Shown here in pieces: positions 1 to 12,424 of a stretch of 64,000 nucleotides of DNA. The notes under the pieces were generated by a model. The model did not search any database, had not been told where the DNA came from, and saw only the letters and a list, made by a program, of their open reading frames with translations. The position numbers were made by a program, and so were the translations under genes. Position 1 is the first letter of the stretch; the number at the start of each line of letters is the position of its first letter. Origin of the DNA: Callorhinchus milii. Its lineage: Eukaryota. The stretch is from positions 33,420,001 through 33,484,000 of the forward strand of contig NW_024704742.1 of NCBI RefSeq assembly GCF_018977255.1, given 5' to 3'.

Positions 1-9
1 GACCAAGAC

Positions 10-315
10 ACATTTGGTATAGCCCCTTGTCAAGTGTTTGAGACAGCTCAAAGCACTTCACAAAATACACTGTAAAGTAAGGCTTTGTGGGTGAAATGCA
101 GCAGTCAATTGCGCACAGCAGTGTCCCACAAACAATCGTGGATTACGTGACCAAATTATTATTTATTTTGAAGGGAGTATTATCCTCAGAAAGTGATCCA
201 CCAATTGACTAATAAGTGGGTTCCTACTTACCGCTGGGCAAACAAGGCTTGTGTGTGGTGTAAGGAAACATACCCAATGTTTTGCCCTGCAGGGGAATGA
301 AGCCTGAGGTCCCAG
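10..315 (-). mobile_element. tRNA-headed SINE (family A), degraded near-full copy
   Basis: Matches other copies: ctcaaagcacttcac..gcagcagtcaattgcgcacagcagtgtcccacaaac..gggttcctacttac..taaggaaac. Confidence 0.85.
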
Positions 316-353
316 AATCACTCCCTCCCCACTGCTCGCAAACTCTTCCCTCC

Positions 354-898
354 TTAAAGATCATCATCCTCATCAGGCAGGGCAGTCTTTGAGGCAGCCT
401 GCGGTTCTCTCTCAGATTGCTCTGCTAGCTATGGGTTCATGTGTATCTCGGCGGGAGTGGGCACAGGTTTGGGTCTTCCTCGCCAGCCACAGGAAAGGCT
501 GTTCAAAGTTATAGTTACTCTTAGATGAAATGTTGTAATACTGGAGGTTTTTCTTGCGATGAAAGACGATGGATTTGACTTTATGATACTTGACGTTGAC
601 CTTGTTTCCGCACAGAACAATGGAAATGTTTTCACAGACGTGCACTAAATCCCGGTGCTAATCAAAGACGTTTTTGTAGATGATCCGAGGTGCGATATCA
701 AACATTATAATGGCACATTAAGCTTGTATGCAGTAACTATCTCTTAAACCCCTTAATTTTTCTTGGCCCACCGTGTACCAGACATTAAATTTCACCTTGC
801 CACAGTTTTTGTGAAATTTAACAGGATAGACTTTGACTCCAAGGATATTCCAGTGATGTGTCTCTTAACAAAATGTTGTCTTTCAGCTCTCCCACCAG
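354..898 (-). pseudogene. RAN: Processed (intronless) Ran GTPase pseudogene
   Basis: Minus-strand translation reads [134 protein letters not shown], collinear with vertebrate Ran. Premature stops at 718-720, 658-660 and 429-431, with deletions and frameshifts. No introns. Terminal TAA at 354-356. Confidence 0.95.
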
Positions 899-904
899 AT
901 ATAT

Positions 905-1007
905 ACGATATACGGTCAATTCACTTTACAGTCTATTCTGTGAAGCGCTTTGAGACATCGAGAAGACGTGAAAAGCGCTATATCAAATGCAAGGATTATT
1001 ATTATTA
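905..1007 (+). mobile_element. Family A SINE 3' half
   Basis: tgtgaagcgctttgagacatcgagaagacgtgaaaagcgctatatcaaatgcaaggattattattatt tail. Abuts the 5' end of the Ran pseudogene. Confidence 0.85.
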
Positions 1008-3498
1008 GAGTCTCAGTGTTGCCCACTCCCCAGACGCAGCAAGATGTCATTATTTTTGTGCAGCTGAAAACTAAACATCTGTTTAATTCAACCTGTAACC
1101 CACCGAGCAGCACTCAAACAATGCCTCTGGTTTTAGAAAAATAATCTACCTCTGAGCCGCTATGCGGAAATCTACATTTGGAGAAGAGGCTTCAGAACAA
1201 ACTCAAAGTCAGGGGTGATCGAGTGTTCGCTCTAAACCCTGTTGATAGTTAAAGACAGGCTTGAATCCCAATTTTTCAGCAGGTTGAGAAATTGTTGCTT
1301 AATTATGGAACAGTGTTAATTAATAAAAGTAATAAAATACAGAATCCAATGTTTAAGAATGCTGCAGTTAACCGTCTCCTCTCACCAATATTTCAATATT
1401 AAGCTCATAAATAGGTTACAACCATTTCCAAGAAATGCTAACAGAAATTCTGTCCCAACATTTGTAGAGTTAATGACAGAATTTGGAGAGTAAAATTCTA
1501 AAACCTGTGCTAAAATCCTGAAGAAATTCTGTAAGTCTATTTCAAGCATTAACAATGTCATGTTACCAAGATAGAAACTCTTAATTGGGCCTCATTAATG
1601 GGTGAGGTACAGAGCAATGTCTCTTTACTCAATGCATACCATCATTTTAGTCTACTTATAGACCACCACTGATTTATAGCCATTATCGGTTGGTGTACAT
1701 ATGACAAAGGATTCTGTAGAAGGGATCATGAATCACTGGACAGCAGGAACCATGGTGAACATGTTCCTTTAATAAGTCAATGTACCTTCTGTTTAACCAC
1801 CACACATAGTCATATCCAATGTGTTTTCTCCACCAACCCAACCGCTTAATAAAACAGATACAAGTCAAAGTTAATTAATGGCAGAGAAAAAGTATTAGGA
1901 AACGTTTATGCTGAAACCTCTACCCCCAACAAATGTAAGTAAAACTTTAATGAGAGTCCAAAGCAGCATATTTTATGAAAATTAACTTGAAGAAGCACAA
2001 GTTCACTGGAATATTAGCTTTTTTCTGGATTTCATGTTTAGTCAAAAGTCTGTGGATTTATTTTGGCATCAGTAATGCTTTTGTGTCCAGTCCCAACAAT
2101 TTTCAGGATCACCGCACTTTATGGTTTTCAACATCCAACTGAGCTCAGGAACCCCCTCCCCCATAGGACAATGAGAATGTGCAAGGAACACAAAAATGTT
2201 TCTGTAGAGAAATTCTACGGATTTGGGATAAAAAGGTTGGGGTCTTCTTAAGAGGTTGGTGATGGTTGGTTACCATTGATTGCTCATTTACCTTTATGTC
2301 ACTCAAACAGTGTGCTCAAATATTGAGCCAATTGAGCCTTGTTTCTGTCCTGTTTCTATTATTTCAACTGATCTGTAAACACTGAATTGAGGATGCACGC
2401 TATGTGTATCTCTCTGGGCAAAATGATCACAAGTGAAACAGTTCTTCTGTCCACATTCTGCGTCTCTGACTGCAACAGTATCTGAATCCGAAGTTACCTA
2501 AACTCCACAGTGATACATAGTAAATGCAGACATGGATTGAATCCAGCAATGTCTCAAATTCTGTCTTTCACTTGTTAAGTTTGTTGGTCATTCACAGAAT
2601 GCAAGGAAGTCTGAAACATTCCTTCTGTTGATGAAAGCGTTTATTCCATAGAGCTGGAGATCCCATTCAAGCTTGAAATCCATCTTTAAATGAACATTTA
2701 AAGCACCCAGCTGGCCAGTTAACTAATTGATTCATAACATTTATCAGTTTAGATTTCCAAACTAGCCAAATATTGATCCTCCGCAATGACAGTGTTCTGA
2801 AGCACTTCCACGGAATGCATGCGTGTCCACTAACATATACTGCAGCTGCATATAACAGACTCTACTCCACATGTTCTTCAAGCATTTGTTGTCAATTAGA
2901 ATGCACTAACTCCTCATTCTGATATTCTCTAACATGCAAAAAGAAAAATGCAATAAAATAATAAATACATTTGTTATAGAACCTGCAGTGTCAGAACGTC
3001 TCAAAGAGTAATTGCTGTCAAGTTTAGTGCCTGTGTAGTTGTAGACAAACAAAGCAAATAATTTCCACTCAAGTTCCACAAACAGCCTTGAAGCGAATCA
3101 CCAATTTTTCTGGAGGATTGTTGCCCTGGACACCAGGAGAAACTCCCTTCTCTTTTGAAACAGTGTCACAAGATCTTTAATGCTCACCCAAAGAGGCAGA
3201 TGGATCTGGGTTGAATGCCTCACCATAGGAGGTAGGTGGCTAGGACTAGAAGAGGCTCAGATCTATTTTAATTCACCTGCTCAAGGGCAGCTGGAAGGGT
3301 AATGCCCTGAGCCGTGAGGAGGACCACTGCCAGTCCTCCATACAGCCCCAACCCTGTTGCCCCTCTCCCAACTCATCGGTGGTGTCCTCCCAGGTCCAGG
3401 CCAGCAGGCTGCTCACCCGGGCGTCCTTACCTCTGATTGGCCGATGGGCCTGTCAGTCAAGCCAATGGCTCACCTGTCTTAAAGAAGTCCGACCCTTT

Positions 3499-3615
3499 AA
3501 TAATAATAATAATCCCTGCATTTGATATAGTGCCTTATCATGTCTTCAAGACAGCACAAAGTGCTTCACAGCATATACTGTAAAGCGAATTGACTGTATA
3601 TTTTGTGGGCGCAAC
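3499..3615 (-). mobile_element. Family A SINE 3' fragment
   Basis: (TAA)n followed by tccctgcatttgatatagtgccttatcatgtcttcaagac. Confidence 0.8.
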
Positions 3616-4529
3616 ACCCACAAAATATAGGCATATATGGTAAATGATACATCTCACCCAAATGACGAGACATTAAACCTATAATAACAGATGGCAAAAC
3701 ATCTGTAGCTAAAACTCACTTCTAATAAAGAGACTATGTCCACACTGTATATTATCAGTGGCATTTCATACTCCTGGATGTTCAATGGCCCACCAAAGCC
3801 TGATCTGCTGGTGTGAGACCCAGCAGTGTTTTGGTGGAATAGAAATGAGTTTTGAAATGCAGACAGTGAGCAATGAGTAAATGTGAGAGACACAGTTGTT
3901 ACCTCACTTAAACAAGCTTCTGTTTAATTCACTCGGAAACAAATCCAACCCAAATTAACTTATTATACCATAATTCAGTGTTAACTGCAACACTTAATGA
4001 TTTAGCTGTCAATTTTACAAGGGCAGTTTCTGAGACGAAGGTTACAGTGTGTCCTTTACTTAATTTTTTGAAAAAGTCACTTGTTTAAAAAAAAATAATA
4101 TTCAGAAAATGAAAGAAAAGCCTAGTTTTGTGCCAGGCATTTGCTTCTGTCGTAATTCAGTTTTAAAACGCACGAAAAAGAAGCTTTTTCTCTCAGCTCC
4201 TATGTGAGAGGAATTCACAAGCACATCAGAGACTGGAAAAAAAACAGGCAGCGTGCTGGTGCTGCAATGCTCTGTGCTGCACAAGGGTGGGCCACGGGCT
4301 CCTACGTCAATGGAATTCTCCACAAGATGAATTCCAGCTTGTCAGTGCCAATGAGGGAAGTACCCAACAGTGGCTCTGCACTTCCTGCGGGGAGAGGGGA
4401 GGAGAGATCCAGTCAGCTTCAACAGCAATAGAGATGTGAGCCTGTTTGTAAATATATTTATACAGTGTATAATATATACTTATATATTATATATGGGTTA
4501 AACAGATCTCTGTCTCTTGTTTTAATGTT

Positions 4530-4870
4530 CAGGAGTCAAGTCCAATCTGCTTGTTAGGCTGATACTCCAATGTAATGGTGGTGATGTGATGCATTGTTGG
4601 AAGTGCCATCCTTCGGATGAAACACCAAACTGAGGTCTCGCCTGCCTGTTCAGGTGAACGTTAAAGATCCCATGGCACTATCAGAAAATAGAAAGGAGTC
4701 TCTCCTGGTGTTCTGGCCAACAGCTCCCCAAAATAAAATTTGTGAGCAAACTGGTTGACGCGGCCTCCTACAAATACACAGTGACAACACTTTACAATAA
4801 AATTCTGTGAAGAGCTTTTGGAGACATTTCAACGATGTAAGGAAATCAAATGTAAGGGCTACTATTACAT
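4530..4870 (+). mobile_element. Older Deu-domain SINE (SacSINE1/AmnSINE1-like)
   Basis: ggaagtgccatccttcggatgaaac..gttcaggtgaacgttaaagatcccatggcacta resembles the Deu domain, followed by an L2-type tail. A related copy lies at 12670-12960. Confidence 0.7.
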
Positions 4871-5599
4871 GTCTCAATTTCATTTAGGATATTTTCTTTG
4901 AATCTGTTATTAATTTTGTTTGAAGCTGCTTTGATTTTTACTCCATTAATTGTTCTTTCCTCCTCATCTCCTGAGGACATTTACCTCCTTTTTCTTCTTG
5001 GAATCTCGTTCCACAGGCACCGTACGCTCTCTGGATCTTGACCATATATGCTCACTGTTTACCAGGGGTCTCTGGATGGTGATTCCTCCATGAGTTAACT
5101 CAGGCTTAAGAGCAGGATTCTAAACTGCATCTGCTCTGTATTATCAACCTTCACTGGGCTGTGCCTTTACCACTGCGCCATGGGGTAAAGAACAGACAAA
5201 CAGTCTTTATGGACTTCAAACCAGCTCAGTTCAACACTGATAACTCTTCAAAGAGTCGTAATTGACATGTGCTATAAATTACTGGGAAATGAATGCTTCA
5301 AGTAAGTGATTATACTTAAAAGTAGTTCAAAGCAACAAATGCTGTGTTAGTAATAGATTCAACTGAGACCTCACAGGGCACTATGGTACTGCAGGAATCA
5401 GATGCTTTTTTGAGACTCACCTTCAAACTTACCCTCAATAACATTCCAAGTAAAAGGTTTGTTTCTGTAAACATCACTGCTCAAATAGTACACAGAACTG
5501 AGCTTTCACACCACACTGGAGAGTAGATTGAACCAGGCAGAGTCTTTAAGTCACACTGTCACCTCACTAGATGTAAAAGGTTTAAATACTACACCCATG

Positions 5600-5870
5600 T
5601 CTGGGGAGGAGATTCCAACATCTCTGTCTCACTCCTGAAGAGCATGGAACAGGAAAACCAATTATCTGGTCACTAATCCTTCTCTTGCCTTTAGCCTCCA
5701 ATCTCGCCAGCGCAACCTCTAATCTCTCCATCCCAAACTCTGTTGAGTTCTCCATTTGATGGAATCTAAGGTCATTGCTCCTCTGAACATTCCAAACATG
5801 TGGTCCTGCAGAATCTTCCTCCTCCCTACCTGCTCGCTGTGTTGAAATCAAAACTCGTCTCACTGTCTCT
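5600..5870 (-). mobile_element. Possible degenerate CR1 ORF1 (SGNH esterase-like) fragment
   Basis: HVWNVQRSNDL..LARLEAKGKRRISDQIIGFPVPCS weakly resembles CR1 ORF1 VHVGTND..LKSRTSKVIISGLLPVP. Weak evidence. Confidence 0.35.
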
Positions 5871-6689
5871 ACTTTAACTCAGCCTTCCCAAAATTAAGAG
5901 TGGAACTCGTTATACAGCTTTCCTTTCGTCTTGCATTGTACAATTTTGTTTTCAACCAAAGCTTGACCCCATCTATCTCTTGACTCCTTTCCTTTTATTT
6001 CCAGCTCGGATGTGGACATCGATCCCATTCCTTACATATTGCACGTACAAGTTTTGCTACAGTGGACTCTGACAATCCATTTAATCTCCTGAGTAAGTGA
6101 CTAGCCTGAAGGAAAATGTCCTTAAGGAGATAAGGCAGTGTGGGATTCTTCTGCTGGAATAATACTCAAGCATCTGTATAGCTGAGCCACTAGTTCATTG
6201 ACACATAAAGTAGGTGTAATAACTGATGAAACACACGAAAAAAAAATTCTGAATTATTCTCAGTCACAAAGCACCAGAAACCAGTTAAAGGGCTGTAATG
6301 CCGGTCCGTCCATTCATGTAGATGAAAGGCAGGTAATGCAATCTATAAGAATTCTCGGCTTTCCTGACTTTCCAATTAACAATTTAGCTGAATTCTGTCC
6401 CCTTTAGAATATTTAAATTTCTTTTAAGATGTAAGATAATACAAGATGTGAAAAAGCATTACTGCATTGCTTCATCCCTGGTCTTTATCATAACTACTGT
6501 ACTTCAGAAAAGAAAATTAAAAGGGTCAAAAGAGATTTGGTCTGCCTTCTGCATTATGCAGTTTACCCTCTTTATCTTGTTTAAAAATTCTGCAAACTAC
6601 GCTTGCTTTCCAAACCTTAAGAAAACAAAAATTGATGGAAATGCTCAAACGCTTGTTGTACCGACGTTAATAGATGCAGTTCTATAATC

Positions 6690-7046
6690 TAATAATGATC
6701 CTTGCATTTGATATAGTGCCTTATCATGTCATTGAGTTGTCTCAAAGCGCTTCACAGAATATATTATGAAGTGGATTAACTGTGTATTTTGTGGGTGAAA
6801 TGCAGCAGCCAATTGCGCACAGCAGTGTCCCACAAAAAGTCGTGGATTGAGTGATCAATTTATTTTTAGGGATTATTAACCCAGAAAGCGATCCGCCAGT
6901 CGAACAACTGGGTTCCTACTTACTGCTAGGTAAACAGGTGTGTGGAGTAAGGAAACTTGCCTAAGGTTTCGCCCTGCCTAGGAATCAAACCCAGATCCCC
7001 TCGTTTGCGAGAGTAGAGCACTCACTATTACCCTATGGGACTCCAC
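6690..7046 (-). mobile_element. Family A SINE, full length
   Basis: Head GTGGAGTCC with B-box-like GGTTTGATTCC, central CCTTAGGCAAGTTTCCTTACTCC, Deu-like GTGGGACACTGCTGTGCGCAATTGGCTG, and (TTA)n tail. Confidence 0.9.
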
Positions 7047-7371
7047 GTTCTTTACGAATACCAATGATAACATTATAACTTTTCAATGTTTGTCCAGTTG
7101 GGATAACCCTATTCATTCAGGCTTTGGCATTGAAGGCTGGGGTCACCTCAAAGTTTTATTGATAGGCTAATCAACTGACCTTGAAACAATCCCTCCCAAG
7201 AGGATTCTTTCAGATATGCTATTAATTTAGGACCACTGAGATTTGAATACAGAACCTTCTCGATTTCAAAGCCAGTGCTCGATCAACCAAACTCCTTGCC
7301 TGTTAAAGAATTATTCTTAAATTATTTAATGTTGCTTTTTCAGTTCCTGTAAAACAGAACAATTTATTCAC

Positions 7372-7687
7372 TAATAATAATAATCTTTCCATTTGATATA
7401 GTGCTTTTCACGTCTTCTAGACGTCTCAAAGCGCTTCACAGAATATGCTGTAAAGTGAATTGACTGTATATTTGTGGGCGAAACGCTGCAGCCAATTGCG
7501 CACAGCAGTGTCCCACAAACAGTCGTGGATTGAAAATGACCAATTTATTATTGTTTTGTTTTTGGAGGGATTATTATTAGGCGTGTGGAGTAAGGAAACT
7601 TGCCCAAGGTTTCGCCCTGTCTGGAATTGAACCCAGGTATCTCGCTTGCAAGGCGAGTGCTCTAACCACAGAGCTACAGGACTCCAC
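7372..7687 (-). mobile_element. Family A SINE, near full length with internal deletion
   Basis: Head with TAGCTCTGTGG and GGTTCAATTCC Pol III boxes, and the same tail. Confidence 0.9.
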
Positions 7688-8231
7688 TAAGATAATTGCA
7701 GGTACTCATTCATGCTTAGGATAATACTGTATAAGCAGAACAAAGTATTCTTTAAAAAGTTAGTACAGTCTGTCCTCAATTTGCATCAAGGAATTTTCCT
7801 CTTCTAAATGCTTCCAGTAAGATATACGACATTCTACTTACTTTGATCTCAAGATATCAAAGCTTGTGTTTGGTTAACATAATTTTTAAAATGAATTAAG
7901 AGCAGCATCAAGAATAACACACAGGTCCTGTGGTGACCTTTCAATCAGCACATTCACTGGCTTGGTTGAAATGGACATGAAGGTTGTAGCCTTTAGCTAA
8001 TAGGTAACTCAGATGACAAATAAAAAAAAGTGAAGGTTTTTCAGCCATCAACAACTCTGATATTTCAAATCCAATCAACTCAACCCATCAGAAGGCTGAT
8101 AAGTTTATATTCAGTGCAGTGGATCTCTATTATATTTGATGGGCAATTTTTGCAAAGTGAACAAAAAGGCTTGAATACAAAAAGTGACAAAAGAGCTGCT
8201 AAAAGAGCAACACCTAGTGACATCTATTCTC

Positions 8232-8840
8232 AGCAACAACAACAGCAAAATTACATTTATAGAGCGCCTTTCACGTCGGACAGTCAGGGGTCAGGACCCG
8301 AGCATGGGGTAGGGGTGGGGTAGGGATGAGGGAAGGCAGAGAGGTGGGAGGATGACTGAAGGCACGATCGAAGAGAAGGGTCTTGAGATCGGCTTTGAAG
8401 GAGGCAAGGGAGGAAGCGAGGCAAAGGGACTGTGGGATGGAGTTCCAGAGTGTGTGGAGCAGAGAGGCTGAAAGCCCGGCCACCGATGGTAAGGCTTGTC
8501 GGGCGGGAGACATGGAGCAGACCGGAGCCCGCTGAACAGAGGGAGCGGGCAGGTTGGTAGGGAGTCAGCAGGTCAGAGAGGTAGGAGGGGGAAAGGCCAT
8601 GGATGGCCTTGAAAGTGAGGATGAGGATCTTGAATTCGATCCTCTGGGGGATGGGGAGCCAGTGGAGTTGCGCGAGGGTGGGAGTAATGGGGTCACGGAG
8701 CCTGGTGCATGAGAGTACACGAGCTGCAGAGTTTTGGATGATCTAAAGCTTGTGAAGGGAACAGTTGGGAAGGCCAATGATGAGGGAGTTTCCATAATCG
8801 AGCCTTGATGTGACGAATGTGTGGGTAAGGGTTTCGGCAT
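8232..8840 (-). mobile_element. L2-clade LINE 3' fragment
   Basis: Broken ORF2 C-terminal peptides (LWNSIPQSLCLASSLASFKADLKTLLFDRAF) followed by a 3'UTR and (TTG)n tail. Confidence 0.9.
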
Positions 8841-10531
8841 TCTCAGCTCTGGGATAGCAACTGACTGGAGAAGTTTGGATTGAAAATTATATTCAGACTT
8901 AAATAAACAAATCTTTTTCCCTGTAGTACATTGTACCTTTATCGTTCATATAGTATGTGAATTTTATTTTTGTTTGTTTGCCTCTGTGAGTCCAGAATAA
9001 AAATTGTAAAACCATGATTTATCTTACACAAAGATGTAACGTGCAGAACCTATGTCCAAGGCAATGTCTGCGGCTATCATCAATATGGAATTTTCAGCAG
9101 CATTTAAATAGCTTTCCTTTCAGAACTCGGGGCTTTGCTGGTTAGTGCTGGACCTCTGAAGTACAGTGAAGATACTCGGGAACAGATTTAGATCAGTAGA
9201 AATTTTTTTGTCTCTTGGTATTGTATCAAATTTAACCAAATCATACCAATCTTTAACTTGTTGCTGAGACCAAACCAGTCATTATTGAAATGTAGGACCC
9301 GTGCCAATATATAAGGGCTGAAAATGAATGCTGTGGTCCACACGGTTCATCCCACAGTAATGTATACATAAAAAATTTGTATTATATCCTGTTTTTTACT
9401 AATATATAAGAAACATCAGTTGCCAGGATTTAAAATCCATTCTAAACGTAAAACATAGATGCCTCACTGAACAATGCGTATGTAATATTTGGAAAATATC
9501 AGGAACTTCTCCCAAATGTATATTTAATTATAAAAGCCCTTTTGCTGGAATTTCCTTAAGTTGGGCTCAATTTTGCATGAAAACTGAGCAATTGCTTGCT
9601 GAATATGTCCTTGGTGGCATTACACAATTGTTAAATCTTTCCCAAACATCTGTTATTTTGTTTGCATGTTTTTCACTGCAAACAGCTCAGTTTTAATCCT
9701 GAATTCTGCAGAGTTCTTGCCTGTCAGGAGTGGTATTCCCCACCCCCAGCGACTTCCAAATATAGCAGTCAGCAGCAGCCCAAAAATCATAATACATCAA
9801 ACCTGTGGAACAGCCAAATATTCTTATTAGAGAGAAAGCAAATCTCTACCACTGCCTCTAACTGGATTCTAGCTGGATGGATCAACAAGACATTGTTTTA
9901 AAAAAGACAAAGATAATTACCGGGGGAAAGGGAGAGAACGGAAGTGGTGGGGGGGGTGGGAGAGAAAGGGGAAACAATTCTACTTTTGATAAATATAGTC
10001 AGGTAATGCTTCATGAAGTATAATAATAAGTCTTTGGTTTAAACGGCACAGCTCCACTTCCTTTTACATTGCAATAAATAGAGCTCCCTAGATACCCCGT
10101 CACTAAAGAAAATGACAGAGTATGGTCAGTTATATGGAAGGTGCTATTTGCTGCAAGGTCCACTGCTAGCTGGTGCCTCTGTGCATCTTAGTGACGAAGA
10201 CTTTGCATACATACACACGCACACTCACTCGCACATAGAGCAAACGTTACGTGAAAACAAGTGATTGCAGCAGTCTGCACCAGACGTGGGCTGACAAAAG
10301 GCACATTTTAATCCAGTCAATAATACCAGGTTGATATACCTGCAATAACAAGCCGATTCGTTCCCAGTGCCATCCTTTAGCCTGTGTTTATCAATCCCAT
10401 TTTATGCTCACAACACCGGCGAGATACCACCATGCAGTGAATCTATGATGATTAACAGGGAAGATTATGCAGAGCAGGTGTCTTTTTAATAAAAGATTTG
10501 CATCTATTGCATTTTTGATGTGGCAGTTTAC

Positions 10532-10660
10532 CTTTCGTTTACGGTTTATCCGTTCACTGCTCCTCCTCGGTTGCTTCTTCCTCTCTTTCTCCTTCTCCTT
10601 CTCTTTCTCCTCATGATCTAAGTCCCGGGCTTTTTTAAGGTGGGCTGCAGCGTGAGCCAT
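10532..10660 (-). CDS. ANK2: Ankyrin-2 alternative first coding exon (MAHAAA type), 43 codons
   Basis: ATG at 10660 gives MAHAAAHLKKARDLDHEEKEKEKEKERKKQPRRSSERINRKRK, followed by an AAG|GTAAAC donor (phase 0). Resembles the MAHAA../MAQAA.. alternative N-termini of vertebrate ankyrins (e.g. ANK3 MAHAASQLKKNRDLE...RKKK). Lies downstream of the ANK2-type exon at 54.5 kb on the same strand. Confidence 0.9.
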
Positions 10661-10900
10661 ACCAGAAAAGCACTACCGGGGTTCCGGTTCAAAAGCAAAA
10701 CCCACAACAAATCAGCACTCTCTCCGGCCACAGATCCAGGTGACTTGCTATCGAGGGTTATCTAAGGAGTCAGGAGCGAAGATTGTGAATCCAACGGGAA
10801 AGGTCACCCCTCGAACTAAACACCTGCAGAACCCATAACTCAAATCGCCGTCACTTCCACACAGGCAAAAGTCCCCGACCAATGTGAGGTTAGTCTCTGG
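10661..10900 (-). promoter_or_regulatory. ANK2: Putative 5'UTR and internal promoter of the MAHAAA exon
   Basis: Unique, relatively CpG-rich sequence immediately upstream of the ATG. Boundaries are inferred. Confidence 0.45.
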
Positions 10901-12424
10901 TCAGCTCTCCTCAAAGCTACACTGAGTGCATAAGACGACAGGTTCTGATAATATCCTTGAGCACACAGTGTTAGAAGAAGGCCTTCTGGGACCCTGAGAC
11001 TGACAGTGTCCCCCAAATACAGCAGGAAAGACCCATATTCAAGGAAGGGGTGGGGTAAACTTGCAGCTTAAGCTATGTGCTGAGAAATGGTGCAGTCTGC
11101 CTTAATGACTGGTGCTGCCTCTGCTGCTGTCTATGCTGAAACACAGCAGTATTTTCCTTCCCACAGTAAAATTGCGTCTCTTCAAAAGGACGTATTTCTG
11201 CAGTTTCACCAGCAATTTATGCTCAGATCTGTGGGGTGGAGATGGTGGGAGGTTCTTCCAAATTCCTGCTGTTCGTATTTGATGTGCCTTTTCCTTCGCA
11301 TGAGATTCTGTGTTCAAAAATCTGAATTAAGCACTTAACCAAAAATGGCTTCAGGGTCTGGGTGCAACTGTGCATAATAATAATATAGTATATTAGCCAG
11401 ATGGTAACCTGGGTAATGATGGATGTCTCTGTAGCTGACGAGGGCTCTGCCACTCATAATTCCTTTCTCGAGTTTTATTTAAATGCTAAAAAACTTCATC
11501 TAAAAGCAAAGGTTGTCACAGTGGCATGTCCACCCAACATCACAGAGAGCCTATCATCAAAGCTGGACAAGTGACTCTCTGAATGTTTCCGACCAGATTT
11601 ATTGTTTTCAAATCTCGGAGAATATACTAAGGGGAGGCAACACAATCCAACACTTAACAGGCTAATTTTTTTTACAGCCAGTATATATTAAGACATTGTT
11701 GTGTAGTAAAGCACAGCACTCAATTGGTTAAGGATGTTGTAGTAGAAACGCATGTCCATTCAGCCCTTCCTGCAGTTATTCCCTGACCTATTCAACAAAC
11801 CTATTTCAATAGTCTTGAAATGTCCGATGGTTTTGACCTCACGAACCATGGTTTCCAAATGTAAGACTGCACAGAATTTTGAAAAATCCTTAAATCCAGT
11901 CTTTGTTTGAGAGTGGGTTTTCCAGTTCTTAATAAGACCGGGGAGGAGGGGGGGAGGAAAGAACGCTTCCAAACTGGGGCTGAATCTAATACTTTTCCAA
12001 CATTCTACGCAATCATAAAATGTTTTTAAGATAACGGTATTAAGGCTAAGAAAATGAGAAGTTTCCAAGAGAAGCTGGTGCAAGAAAAGGTATTTCAGCT
12101 CGTCCTGGGTCTGCTTGCAGTACTTACACTGACCATTTCCATCTGTCCCATGTCATGATACCAAACCAGAAAGCCTCTATTCCCTTTCGACCGATACCCT
12201 TACCTTGGATGCTCTGCCAACAGTTTGCAAGGGTCAATGTAACATCAGTTCCAGTCTGGAGTGAAGCCGGTGTTGCAGCAGTGCCACACCAATTCCCCAC
12301 CACCACCCCCCAACATCCCCGTGTTCACCGATGATACACTAAGTTTCATTTCAGTATTAGTACATCGTAAACGGGTAGGTTTAGGGATTTTGAAAGAGGT
12401 CCTTTGACCCAACAACCAGCAACC

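Noticed and set aside
4985..5050. SRSRERTVPVERDSKKKKE plus GTAAAT donor, resembling an ankyrin basic N-terminus
   Set aside because: There is no in-frame ATG before an upstream stop, and it lies in an AmnSINE2-like 3' region.
1008..10300. ANK2 exon 2 (SDSNASFLRAAR...)
   Set aside because: Searched by eye on the minus strand and not found; presumed to lie outside the window.
10340..10373. MALGTNRLVIA plus CAG|GTATAT as another ANK2 first exon
   Set aside because: The donor is phase 1 relative to this ATG, incompatible with the phase-0 first exons, and the peptide is not recognised.
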